A program made the position numbers and the translations under genes. The notes under the pieces are model-generated. The model did no database searches. It had not been told where the DNA came from and saw only the letters and a list, made by a program, of their open reading frames with translations. A stretch of 64,000 nt of DNA from Mobula hypostoma (taxonomy: Eukaryota): NCBI RefSeq assembly GCF_963921235.1, contig NC_086108.1:27778001-27842000 (forward strand). The letters are read 5' to 3'. Shown piece after piece: positions 38,830 through 50,949 of this stretch (positions are counted from its first letter, which is position 1; each line of letters starts with the position of its first letter).

Positions 38830-39612
38830 GTTCCGCTAAGATGGCAGTGTGCTTGAATGCAGAGGCTTCTACAGGTCAACAAAAGGTGCCAATGTCCTTT
38901 TTAAACATTTTTTTATGATTGTAAGGTACTGCTAAACATTAAAAACTTAGAGTCCTGCAGGTGTCCTACTTCAGTGAGTTGCCTTTTGGCAGAAAAATGA
39001 AGGAGCTGCATATTGTTCTGCTGCCCGTATCAAAGAAGGGGTACAGTCTAATAGCAAGTGACAATCTTGGTAGCTTTTCATGTGATCTCAAGACCCTTTT
39101 GGACATTGGTAATGTGTAATGCCACAAATTCAATTCACTGTTTTGTTGGTGGAGAGCAGGAGCAGACGGCGAAGGAGCTGAGTGGCCTCGGACAAAGCGA
39201 GGACTGGGCCTCAAGCCGTGTTGTCACCTGTTTTTACAGCTGCCAGTGGAGAGTCATTGTAGCCAGTGCACTCCACTGGAGGTGGTGTGGCATGGCGTCC
39301 AGGTTGGAATTGATGCTGACTCCCCTGCCCCCCCCCCACCCCAGCTTCGCTCGGCAGAAAACAAGCTGAATTGTGGTCGACTGCAGATTTCTGCGACATT
39401 CATGGCTCTGGTCTGGACTATTGTTTTGGTGTGGCTGTATCTTGCTGATATATTTACGTGCTTGCTATCTTGTATGTGTTTTGGGTGCTTTGTGCTGTGT
39501 GATTGTTGATACTGTGTTTTGCACCTTGACCCCCAAAGTAACGCTGTCGTGTTTGGCTGTATTCATGGGTATTCATGAATGGGTGAATGACAAATAAACT
39601 TGAATTGAATTG
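38830..39612 (+). mobile_element. Non-autonomous retroposon with AAGATGG start and (TTGAA)n tail, inside a Penelope fold-back
   Basis: Ends AATAAACTTGAATTGAATTGA. A related 5' end occurs at about 41550-41670. Penelope terminus pieces lie at 38778-38820 and 39614-39790. Confidence 0.55.
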
Positions 39613-40429
39613 AAATACTGGAGGAACTCAGCAGGTCAGTCAATATACATGGAAGTAAACAGTCGATGCCATTACCCTTCTTCTGGACTGAAGAAAGTTC
39701 TCAGACTGAAAAATTGGCAGTCCATTTCCATAGATGCTGCCTGACCTGCTGAGTTCCTCAAGAATTTTGTGAATTTTGCTCCAGAATACAAAGCACCTGA
39801 GTTTTCTAACCCCATTTAGTGGATCTATCAAGATTCGCACGTCAACAACCAGAGATGGTACCTGCATGGCTGCCTCGATGACGCAGGAAGTAGTAAACAT
39901 CGGACATGTCACTGAACATAAAACCAATCCACCAAGTTTTTAGAATGCTGAAAGGCTCAGTCTTTTCCCCCATGAAAACATTTTTGTAATGGAAAATTGC
40001 TGAAATGTAAACATTTTGAAATCAAATCATTCATGGACATTTCAGGGAAATAAGAACATAATTGAACTATTGAAGGGAGAGTTTGCAGCAATCAATTGTC
40101 ATGGAGTGGCTTTTGGATTATGAAATAAGGATGGTTCAGAGCAAACCTTCACAACTCACATGAAGCTGTGAACAGTACAGACCCCATAAACACATGGGAG
40201 CTCAGTCCTTTGAGTGGTAGCCAGGGTAACATGTTCACAGTCATCTCAAATTAAAGAGCAAAGAATATTTAAGGTTGAAGGATGTACAAATGGCAATAGA
40301 CTCCTATGAGTGGTTACCAGAGTGAGTTGTATTTAGAGTCAGAGTTAAGAGAGAAGTATATGTGAGTGGAATTTGTCAATATAGATACGGGTTAAAGGAG
40401 TTCTTGGCTCAGAGGTCATGTTAATGAGG

Positions 40430-40620
40430 CCAGTTCATTGGCTATGTTTAAGAGGGAGTTAGATATGGCCCTTGTGGCTACAGGGGTCAGGGGGTATGGA
40501 GGGAAGGCTGGGGCGGGGTTCTGAGTTGGATGATCAGCCATGATCATAATAAATGGCAGTGCAGGCTCGAAGGGCTGAATGGCCTACTCCTGCACCTATT
40601 TTCTATGTTTCTATGTTTAT
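40430..40620 (+). mobile_element. Young CR1 3' end
   Basis: Near-identical reverse complement of about 56978-57175; (TTTCTATG)n tail. Confidence 0.88.
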
Positions 40621-42529
40621 TACAGGCCATGATTCCATAATTGGTAGTTTCATATAATATGCCAAATTATCTGAGCGTTTGGTTTCATATTGATTTATGT
40701 GTGGTATTTGCTCAGTTTTAAAAGGGCTCTGCCATCCTGCTGTTCTATGAGCCTTGACAAGTTTTATCCTAGCTGGACAAGTTCAGGATGAACTCAAGAG
40801 ATACATGTAAAAGAAACCTACGTCTTGTAAGGAAGGAGGTGACTATGAATGATTATACAGTGGGGTATTCAATCAGTCTGTGGCAATAAACATACTGGTT
40901 ACCACAAGAATGCTAGGTATAGTTCCAAACATCCTATATGCAGCCCACGTCTACTCCCTAACAGGGGGTCATGACCAGTTGTGGCTTACTAACAGCAAGG
41001 CATTGATTTCAAAGGTCTGTGCAGAATATAGTGGAGTCATCTAGGCACTGATGTATCTCCAGTTTAGCTGTCCACGTAAGCTGTACAATAGCCTCTTAAA
41101 TTTCTCTGCCTCTCTCTCTTCCAAAGATGCTCATTCACACAAGTTTTTGGTGACCTGTCCTGGCCTTCAGTATTGAAATGAAGGAGTTGCAGAACATCAA
41201 ATTCAAAGTCAGTTTACTGTCACACGCACAATTTCATGCATGCACAGCTGCAAAGAAAATCTTGCTTACAGCAGCTTCACTGGCATATAGAATCATATAG
41301 ATTATATGTTTTTAGATAAAATAACACAGAAAAAAGAACAAAGTCCATTTTAATGCAAAGTTGTCAAAGTCGTAGCGTTGCTAAACTGTAGGGTTTTGAT
41401 GTGACAGGAATTCAGTGATGGCCCAAGTGCAGAAAGAGAGACATTGACATGAATGAGCAGTTCACTCAGTTTTTAATAAGTTCGTCTTTCCCAGAACATG
41501 GACAAGGTTAGCAGGGACCGTTGTCTTCACTTTGCTTTGGCCAAGACTTCTAGAAAGATGGTGGTGTATTTGGTCACAGTGGCTTCTTGGGGGCCAACCA
41601 AAGATGTTTTTGTCTTTTTTAAATGTCCTTTTTTGCGATCATAGAACAATGCTGGACATTAATTTTGTAGTCTGAGGAAAAATACACACACAGGACAACA
41701 AACACTTTTTCGGGTCTTAAATTCCTTTATCTGTTTTAGATGTTCTATTGCAGAAAGAGGGTATCAAAATAAAAATGGTAAAATAAATTTTAAAAAAGCT
41801 CCCACTATTACAATGTCAGTTTAACTTCAGACCACACCTTTGCCACGTATGCAGTATGAAAACAACTTAAACAAAATAGACAAAACCAATACGGTAGTGG
41901 CAATTCTAGAAAAAACAATATAAACAACATTAGAATCCCACCGATGCTGTACCTTATACACAACATCAAAAATATGAGTAAATACATCTCATCTTAACTA
42001 AGAGAAATACTCACATTTGGCACACACATGCTTAACTTCCAAACACATAGGCTAGACCTTGAAATGAGTTCTCCTTGCTCATGCTAGTAGGCCAATTAAG
42101 GAACTTCGCAATCAGGCTATTCAGCACTGATCAATTTACTCATGAAAATCCAAAGCATCCTATTGTAAAACACATCAAATTACTGATATTCAAGATTTGC
42201 AAACAAGCGTAAGTGAATTTACATGGATATTATCAAATATTATTCACCTTTCCTCACCCAACCTGGGAAAAGCATTTGAACGTTGTCCTTTCTAGAACAT
42301 GGCAACTCTTTGTTCGACTCCACACAGGCAAAATAACATCACCACTTTTTCTAATGCTAGTTCAGCATTACCAATGTGAATCCATAAGTGCACTTTAACA
42401 ATGTGCTCTTTTACTTTAACAGCTTTAACAGCTGCTCCCAGCATTGCCATTCAGAGGGCCACATTGCCTTGTTCTAATTTCAGAAACCTGCAAGTTCATT
42501 ATTCTCAAACACCTATCCAATCTCCTTTT

Positions 42530-43572
42530 GAAATCATGTGCTGGATGCGCAGGTTGGTGGAGTGGTAGGTGAGGACGTGGAGGCTGGTGGGGTGGTAGCT
42601 GTGAGAGTTCATGGTCTGTTATAAACCCATGGACTCGCACAGCTACCTGGACTATTTCTCTTCCCACTCTGTAACTTGTAAAAACACCATCACCTTCTCC
42701 CAATCCCTCCATCTCTGCCGCATCTGTTTTCAGGAAGAGACTTTTAATTCTAGAACGAAGGAGATGTCCTCCTTTTTCAAAGAAAGGAGCTTCCCTTCCT
42801 CCTCCACCATCAATGCTGCCCTCAACTGCACCTCCTCCATTTCACGCACACCTGCTCTTACCCCGTCCTCCTGCCACCCTACCAGGGATAGGGTTCCTCG
42901 TATCATATACTGTGTCCAGTGCTCCTGATGTGGCCTCCTGTATATCAGTAAGACCCAATGTAGGTTGGGAGACCACTTCACCAAACACCTACGCTCTGTC
43001 TGCAAGAAGATGCGGGATCTTCCTGTGGCCACCCATTTTAATTCTACTTCTCATTCCCATTCTGATATGTTAATCCATGGTCTCTTCCATTGTCGTGACG
43101 AGGCCACACTTACACTGGAAGAACAGCACCTTATATTCTGTCTGTGTAGCTTCCAAGTTGATGGCATAAATATCAGTATCTCGAACCTCAAGTAATGGCC
43201 CTCCCCCTTCACCATTCCCCATCCCTTTTCCCTCTCTCTCCTTATGTCCTTGCCTGCCCATCACCTCCCTCTGATGTTCCTCCCCTTTTCTTTCTTCCAT
43301 GGCTTTCTGTCCTCTCCTATCAGACTCCCCCTTCTCCAGCCCTGTATCTCTTTCACCGATCAACTTCTCAGCTCTTTACTTCATCCCTCCCCCTCCCGGT
43401 TTCATCTATCATCTTGTGTTTCTCTCTCCCCTGCCCCCTCATTTTAAATCTACTCCTCATCTTTTTTTCTCCAGTCTTGCCGAAGGGCCTTGGACTGAAA
43501 CGTCGACTGTATTTTTTTCCATAGATGCTTCCTGGCCTGCTAAGTTCCTCCAGCATTTTATGTGTGTTGTTC
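42530..43572 (+). mobile_element. Penelope-like element 3' part with a short inverted 5' piece
   Basis: Peptides YKPMDSHSYLDYFSSH..MSSFFKER and LEEQHLIFCL; degenerate hammerhead at about 43472-43509. Confidence 0.88.
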
Positions 43573-44139
43573 AATGATCTCAGTCCTCTTGTGCTAAACA
43601 TAGTGGCATTTTGTAGACAGAAAACTCTGAAAGGGAATTCATACTAAACAGTATGGAAGCACTTAGCAGGTCTGGTGGCATCTGTGGGAAGAGCGATAGG
43701 ATGGGAGACCCCGTGCAAATGTTTTCTTTCCACAGTTGCTACCTTTTTCCAGCACGTTCTGTTATATTTTCAAATTTTCAGCATCTGAAGTTTTTAAAAG
43801 TTTTTTGCAGGGGCACTGTTTGATGAAGATGGATAATTATCTGGAAACAAAACACAGGCAGTAGAAACAAGATTTGTTAATTTTCTTCCTCCTGTCCATT
43901 CACATATCAATAAAATAGAGTTATACAGCAGACCTTCTGTCCAACTTCTTTATACTGACCAGTGCCCACCTGAGGTAGTTCCATTTGCCTGTATTTGTCC
44001 CATATTCCTCTCAACTTTTCCTGTCCATGTATACATGTAACTGTCTTCTCAACATTGTAAATGCATGAACACATTATGACTGCACTTTTCTTTGAGCAAC
44101 ATCTCCCTATACTGGTCCAACATGAGATTGTAGTGCATG

Positions 44140-45968
44140 ATGAACAGGACAGCTTGGATGACCTGATAAATCTGGCCATTCAGATAGACAGTTAGACAGC
44201 TGAATGGTGCAGAGGGAGAATGCCCTGTAGGAAACTGCTCTCTTTCTATTTTGTTGATTCGCCTGAACTGCCACTGGTGGTTGGACTTCCCTGTCTCGCT
44301 CGACATGACCTACAGATCGACTAGTCCAGAAATGCACACCAAGAGCGGGGATTGGCGTGTCAGTCTATCTGTCTGGGTCCACCTCAAGCCCTTGTCAGTG
44401 TATCTCCCCCTGAGACAACTGCATGGTGTGGGTGTGCCTGGTGTTCCAGCTGAACATGCCGAACTTTTAGAGGTTTTCAAAAAGAATAAGGACACCACCC
44501 TGCCTCCATACCAGCCGTACAGCTGTGCCATTGTCTTCTTACCTACTTCTAGTCCTCCCCTGGTCTGGCTCTTTTCCTTCTCTCATCCTGAAATCATGAC
44601 CATGGAAGAATACATCAAGGAGGCACTGCTTTTAGGATTTATCTGTCTGTCAGCCTCTCTAGCAGGGGCAGGCTTCTTTTCTGTGAGCAAAGAATGAAAA
44701 GCCCAGTCCCTGCATTGATTATCGGTCCCTCAGCAACTTCACTTCAAAGAAACACTGCCCTCTTCCCCTGCCAGTCTCTGCATTTGAACATCTCCAGCAA
44801 GTAACCATATTCTCCAAGAAAGATCTTACAATGTTTACAATTAGGTTCACATCTGAGAAGGTGGGGGGGGGGGGGAGTGAAAGACAGCACTTGGCACCCC
44901 CACTGGCCACTGTGAGTACCTTCTGATGCCATTTGGTCTGGCCAATGTCCCTGCTGATTTCCAGGCCTTGGTCAATGACGTACTCCAGGACATGCTAAAT
45001 CAGTTTATTTTATGTATGTGGATAACATTCTTATCCATTCCTGCTCTCACCAGGAACATGTCCCGCATGTCCATAAGGTTCTCAGACAGTTCCTTGAGAG
45101 AGACCTATATGCTAAACCAGAGAAGTGAGAGTTCCACACAGAGCAGGTGTCAGTTTTGAGTTATAATGTATCCTCACCCTTCCAGTGTTCAACTGGATCT
45201 GTCTAAAGTTCAGGCAATCACAGAGTGGCCCAAATCATCTATGATCAAGCAGGTGCAACACTTCATGGGTTTTGTAAACTTTAATCGCCATTTCATCAGA
45301 AACTTCAATTCCATCACAGCCCCCATGAATGCACTGTCCAAGAAGACCTCTGCAGGATCCCTTTGGGCACGAGAAATGGACCAAACATTCTCAGAACTAA
45401 GATGATGCATCACCACAGCCCCAGTGGTGCCACTTCCAGATCCATCCCATCCACTCATCACTGGGGTTGATGTCAGCATTGGGGCTGTAATCTCCTAATG
45501 CTTTGCAGTAAATATTCGATGATACCCCTGTGCTTTGCTTTCCCATTGCTTGACTCCTGCATAGCGTAAATACGGTGTCAGGAACCAAGAACCTCTAGCT
45601 GTCAAGGATGCTCTGGAGGCATCATAACTCTGGTTGGAGGGAACAGAACACCTTTTACTGGTATTGACAGAATGCAAGACCCTCTTCTACATTCATGATG
45701 TCAAGAGACTCAACTCCTGCCAAGCCCATTAGGCTTGCTCCTTCACCTGGTTTAATTTCACCCTCACCTACCATCCTGGTAGCAAGAACACCAAGGCCAA
45801 TGCTCTCTCCCACCAGTTTGTCATTTCTGAGGAGAATACTGATCTGGAGCACATCCTTCTCCTCAAATGCATAGCTGCTTCAGTGATTTGGGAAATAGAA
45901 AGAAAAATAAGGGCTGCTCAACGTTCAGATTCAGGCCCAGGTGGGAGAACATTCCAACCACCTGGTCC
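44140..45968 (+). mobile_element. Decayed sushi-type Gypsy gag/pol remnant (RT and RNase H)
   Basis: Peptides [44 protein letters not shown] and VQHFMGFVNFNRHFIRNF; many frameshifts. Confidence 0.88.
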
Positions 45969-45969
45969 T

Positions 45970-46271
45970 TGATGAGGATGGCTTGGACCCAAATGCTGGA
46001 GTACCCGACAGAAGGATTGAGACACAATATTAAACTGGAGCACAAACCGAGCACAACACAAATGCAAGACAAAGTCACTAGTTAGGCTTACGATTGAGCA
46101 CCGAACCTCATTTCAGATGCTCCTTAAAAGCTCAATCCTTGACACTCAAAACATGGTTGCCAATTAGTGGGACTGTCCTGAATCTTTAAAGGAGACACGC
46201 CAGCTATCCAGGAAGTTAGAGCATAGTATCTAAACCTCGGAAGCTGGCACAGATGGCTGCGTGTTGTAACA
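45970..46271 (-). mobile_element. 3' LTR of the minus-strand sushi-type Gypsy
   Basis: The minus strand reads PPT AGGGGAGGGG-ATCC, then TGTTACA...CCTCATCA. Confidence 0.65.
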
Positions 46272-46289
46272 GGATCCCCTCCCCTATGG

Positions 46290-46956
46290 CTGACTCCTGA
46301 TGGCACTAGCTGCTCAGAGAGACGATGATTGTACTCATGGATGACAGCCAGCAGCAACCTCGGCTCCAACACTGGAACCTTTCATTGCTGGAGATTCTTC
46401 TGCAGCCAATTTGTATGGGCTCGGCAGAATCCTGAGTAGGAGAAGGGCTAGTCCTGGTCCGAGATTGGGGGATGGAACAATGATCCGTTGAGTCCAGTCT
46501 CAGTCTAGCCCTCTTCGACCTCTTGATGTAGTCTCACTTATCTTTTGCCAAACGATTATTGAGATGAATGGATTGGTTGATCAGCGCCTCTAAGTCCTCT
46601 GTTGGTCCACTTCAGTTCATCTCAGAGTCCATTGTGGTGTCGTGTGGTCAAGGCCTTCCTGTTCCAGCTACCCTCTTTGGTCAGGGTCCAAAATTCAATC
46701 ACGTAGTCCGCTGACCTTCCATCCTTTTGAATATTCATCAGGCTATCTGAGGCTTGGCTGGAACACCTACTTCATGGTGACCACAAAATCCTCTGAATCT
46801 GACCAAATCTCTGACCTGCATTCTCAACGCTTGGTGGCCCAGGCCAGGGCTCCTCTAGTCAGAAAAGAGATAATTTCAATTACCTCTTGTTCCCCTGCTG
46901 CCTTATTTGCAGTAATGTCTGCCCTCGGAGGAACTGGGAAAACTTTATGTTCCGGA
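46290..46956 (-). mobile_element. Decayed sushi-type Gypsy gag; a probable N-terminal part lies at 49611-49750
   Basis: Motifs IISFLTRGALAWAT, ADYVIEFWTL..GSWN and EPIQIG. Confidence 0.8.
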
Positions 46957-47259
46957 GTGGCTGCTGTCTCTCTGAGTATCCCCTGGTCTTTTTGTTCCTT
47001 TGCTATACCCTGAACAGCAGTCAGTGTGTCAGTTTGTATAGGGTCCTGCTTAGGGGGTTTATACAGACCCTCCTCTATTTTAATGAGGTTTATCTTTATT
47101 CGACCACAATCTTGCTTGTGTGTAACCCACACTGTTGGGAACTGCTGACAAGGTAACCCATAGACCCCTTCCGGGCTACAGTCTGATGATCGGGGCAGCT
47201 GCGACTATGTAGGCAGGTTGTGTATACTGTTGGTTGTATGCGTTCGCTGCCCCTGACTC

Positions 47260-48690
47260 ATCTATATTATTTTGCCCTTTCCCAAATCTATAACAACTCC
47301 TGCTTCCCTTAGGATGTCTATTCCAAGGATCGTGCCCTCATTATTTGGACATACCCAGAAATACACTAGAAGCTGCACTCCCCTGATTTCTAGTATTTAC
47401 GACTCGTTTCTTTCTGCTTTTACTGTTTTCTCTCCTACACCCCTGATATAACTGGCTTGTCCGGTTGTTGGTAAGGGTAGGTCTGTTATCAATACCGATG
47501 CCCCTGTGTCCACTAACGTATTGCATTGCCGTCCTCCTAACAATGCCGTTGTGTACATCCGCGAGTCACCAGCGCTGGCAGTGGAGCCTGCTGCCACATC
47601 TTTTTCTGCCCTAAGAGGCACCATTACTAGCTCTTTGATCTGCTCCACAGTCAGACTGGTTACTGATGGGGTGAGTGACTGGGTGTCTGCCATGACCCTC
47701 GCCTGGGTTTTCCCCCTCCCTTTTGGACACTGTCTCCAGCCATGTCCCGATAGGCCACAGCTGTAGCATATCAACTCCTTCACTGTCTTATACCTGGTCC
47801 AGCAGTCCTTTGCTAGTTGCCCTGGTTGATGACACCGGAAACAAACTCTCTGTGTCGTTGTAACAGCTGCATCCACTATATCCACTTTACAATTTCTCTT
47901 GCCTTTTCTTTGGTCTATCTCGAAACTATCGCAGAGTAGTTGGGCCCTACTGTTATGCCTAAATCTAAAACTTCCTGGTGGGCTAAGCTCAGGCCTTCCT
48001 TCAGCATTTTTAGGAAGACTGGGTTGTCCCTCCCTGGATTATCCAACCCTGAATACTCCTCATATGCTCGATATTTACGTTCTGCATAATCTATAGCTGT
48101 CTCGTCAGTCCTCTGGGTCACTGCCATTATCGTTCCCCAGCTACTCTCGCCTCCTCCAAGTCGCTGCCTCACTTCCCCTTTAAAAGAGCGATATCTTTTT
48201 TCATTACTGGCGCTCCCGGTAGTTGTCCATGTACCATCCCGCACCCTCTGGGCCATCCTGTCCCACATATTCCTCGGGCACTTCACTTTCACTAACACGT
48301 GTATATCTTTAGGGTGCATCTGGTGGATTTTAACCATTTCCTCAAGCTTGCACCAGAATTCTGAATTCCCACAGGCGACTTTAAGTGAGGACAACCCAGA
48401 CAGGATGCTCTGTTTCTCCCCGGGGTGAAGGGCTTATGAATAGTCGTAATCAATGTCAAGGGCTGACTCAGATCATCAGGGTTCTCAACCTGATGTTGCC
48501 TGACCTCAATAGGTGCCATTCTGGTAGATCAATCTGGGTAAAACCTCTCCCTGAGATATCCCCACACTAATTCCCACACTATGCAAAATATAAAAGATGG
48601 GTAGCAGTTAAACAGCACATACTTAAAATCACAGAGTATGTATTCCACAATCTGCCACTTTTGAGTACCTGAACTCATGATGCCTGCTGT
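47260..48690 (-). pseudogene. gag-pro: Frameshifted gag-pro of the provirus
   Basis: ORFs 48292-48519, 47915-48394 and 47397-47885. Knuckles CFRCHQPGQLAKDC (His replaced by Gln) and CYSCGLSGHGWRQC; protease LVDTGASV. Confidence 0.85.
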
Positions 48691-49033
48691 ATTCCTTTGC
48701 ATCACACTTGCAAACACATACACTAAAATGCAGTTCCCCGAACGAGTATACACGCCCCTACTCTGGCGTCTCAAACTGTACCGTTGGTTACCACCTTTCG
48801 CAGCTGGTGGTCCAAATTAACCAAGTTAACATGTAAAATTTCCTCACTTACATAAACACACATGCACACGCACACGCTACTTTTATATCTACCAGTTCAG
48901 CTCTCCGCATCCGCAATACCTCGTGTTCCCGTGTACCACCGACCCAAACAGATCCAAGTGTGAGTGTTATTTTAGAAAAATACTCACCAACTTAGACTGC
49001 TGGGAACGCTGGTCACATGACGGGTCACGAAGT

Positions 49034-49051
49034 ATCCCACTTCTAACACCA
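49034..49051 (-). promoter_or_regulatory. Primer binding site, tRNA-Leu(CAA)-like
   Basis: The minus strand reads TGGTGTTAGAAGTGGGAT, 2 nt from the LTR end; one difference from the recalled TGGTGTCAGAAGTGGGAT. Confidence 0.85.
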
Positions 49052-49053
49052 AA

Positions 49054-49610
49054 TGTTGTAGTGTGGTTGAAATCACCGGAGAGACAGTTACTGGTAGATA
49101 CAAAGCAGCTTCTTTACTCGACACAACAAGGTACAGCAGACATCATACGGACGGAGAAGCTTTCGGTAGAAAGGTCTGCTAGCCCAATGTGGGCTCAATA
49201 TTTACATGCTAAACATAAAAGGCAATCGCTACTTACAAAGTTACAGACAATGCTTCCTTCTGAAGCTACATACAAAACATCACACCTTCTGACTTCATCC
49301 ATTCCTCCCGACGCCAACATGTCTGGGTTGGTACTCACAGCTTTTAGGAATGCAAGTTAAATCCACAATACATTTATTTGGTACTTTACGTGCTAACATA
49401 GAGGACAATTCATATTTATAAATTATAGATAAAACTGTCTTCGAAACTACAGCATCCGGTCAAACTACAGCATCAGCAGCATCTGATATTCACAGCTTTT
49501 AGGAAATGCATTGTTGTGAACTCAGTCCATAGTACTTTGTCAAACAGAAGACTGGTGGCCAGAGTCATTGAAGTGTAAACGAATCATCTACCCAAATGCT
49601 CACTCTAACA
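49054..49610 (-). mobile_element. 5' LTR of the provirus, 557 bp
   Basis: The minus strand runs TGTTAGAGTG...CACTACAACA (imperfect inverted termini), has an AGTAAA polyA-like signal near 49115, and abuts the PBS. Confidence 0.82.
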
Positions 49611-50949
49611 AAGTGACGAAGAGTATTTGTTGATAGATGTTGTGCAGGCAAGTGCTGTGAATGAAGATTAACAAGGATGATTGGCAAGAGGCCCTCCAAG
49701 GTCAGCGACTCTCCAGGATAGCAGGATCTGCGGGAATTCAATTCAGGCAGGATGAATGAGAGCCAATGACCTAAGTCAGTGAGTTGGTGAGTCCAGAGTT
49801 CAAGCATGGAGTTTGGGGCCCCATTATTGGGAATCCTAGGGTTGATACCGAAGATCAAAGCCTAAAGGTCGCAGAACGAAGTCAGTGAGTCCTGAAGTCC
49901 AGGCCCAATAGCTGAAGCCCTGAGTTTGCAAGTCTGAGACTCTGCTTGGGAAAGTGGAGGCCCAGTGGTTGTAAGTCCACGAGTTTCCTAAAGGCTGGAG
50001 GCCTGGAGGTAGCTTGCCCTAGGATTGGAGGACTGTCTGTATGTGGGGGTGGATGGAAGGAAGGAAAGGGACTAGTTTTACTGTTGTTGTTTTGGTGCCA
50101 TTATTTTTTTGTTGGTGTTGAGTTCCATTTTGTTCCGCTGAATATTATAGGCTTGCAATATTAGCGAGGAATGTATGGTTTCACATCAACAAAACAACAA
50201 GATGTCTGTGGTGTATTAGTTTCTGTTCTTAACAGACATTTGCAAGTCTGAGAATTGGGATTTATTTTTTGCTTTTTGCGAAAATACTTTTGTTGCTGAT
50301 CAACTCAATTTTTCTACATCAGAGCATTTTTTTTGTGTTATTGCTTGGTCACTAAACATTCCTACATCAGAACGACAAGGTGGAACGAATACAAGCACAT
50401 CGCAAGGTTATGTAAATCAAATGACCTTGGGTATGACTTTGTTTTGGTTGTGGACAGACAGCTCAGAGCATGTGGGAGAAGCTTGCAAGGAGTCCTAGAC
50501 AGAACATCATGAGTGGTTGCTGCAGTGAGTTCTGCATAAAATTATTCAGAGTTAAAGGATAGGGAATATTTGAAATTGTTGTGTAGCTTGCATGGGAATT
50601 ACAAACAGCATTACTCTCAGAGAAGAGGAAGAGAGATACCAACAGTTGCAGTTAAGGATGAATGTGGTGTAAGATACCAAATATACTGTAGTCTTCAAAG
50701 GTCCTTTATTCAAGACCTCCCTCCGGAGGAAGTAGTTTTGTGTCTATCCTATTATCTGCACAATTGGTCGTAGAGACCTCAGTTAGGTCAGCTCCAATCT
50801 CTCTACTTAAGGTCTGTGCAGAGTTTCCTCTTGATCTGGGCATCATTTATTCTTCTAATTCATATGTAGTTGTTGTCTGTATCCATGTGTCTGTGATGCA
50901 GCTGCAAACAAGTTTTTCATTACTTTATACCTTGCCATACTTGTGCATA

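Larger units (their letters stand above)
46957..49610 (-). mobile_element. Truncated endogenous retrovirus-like provirus (5' LTR-PBS-gag-pro-RT start)
   Basis: LTR, PBS, splice donor, CA-like region, zinc knuckles, DTG protease with ILGID, and RT N-terminus KPPKQDPI..QGILRE are all in the expected order. Confidence 0.85.

Noticed and set aside
46290..46956. Domesticated sushi gag (PEG10/RTL-like)
   Set aside because: Multiple stops and frameshifts, and it is interrupted by the provirus.
49034..49051. tRNA-Leu fragment on the plus strand
   Set aside because: It is only 18 nt including CCA and sits next to an LTR, so it is a PBS.
48923..49360. 145-aa antisense ORF across the proviral LTR and leader
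   Set aside because: Starts at a non-ATG codon and has no recognisable motif; cannot be supported without conservation across copies.
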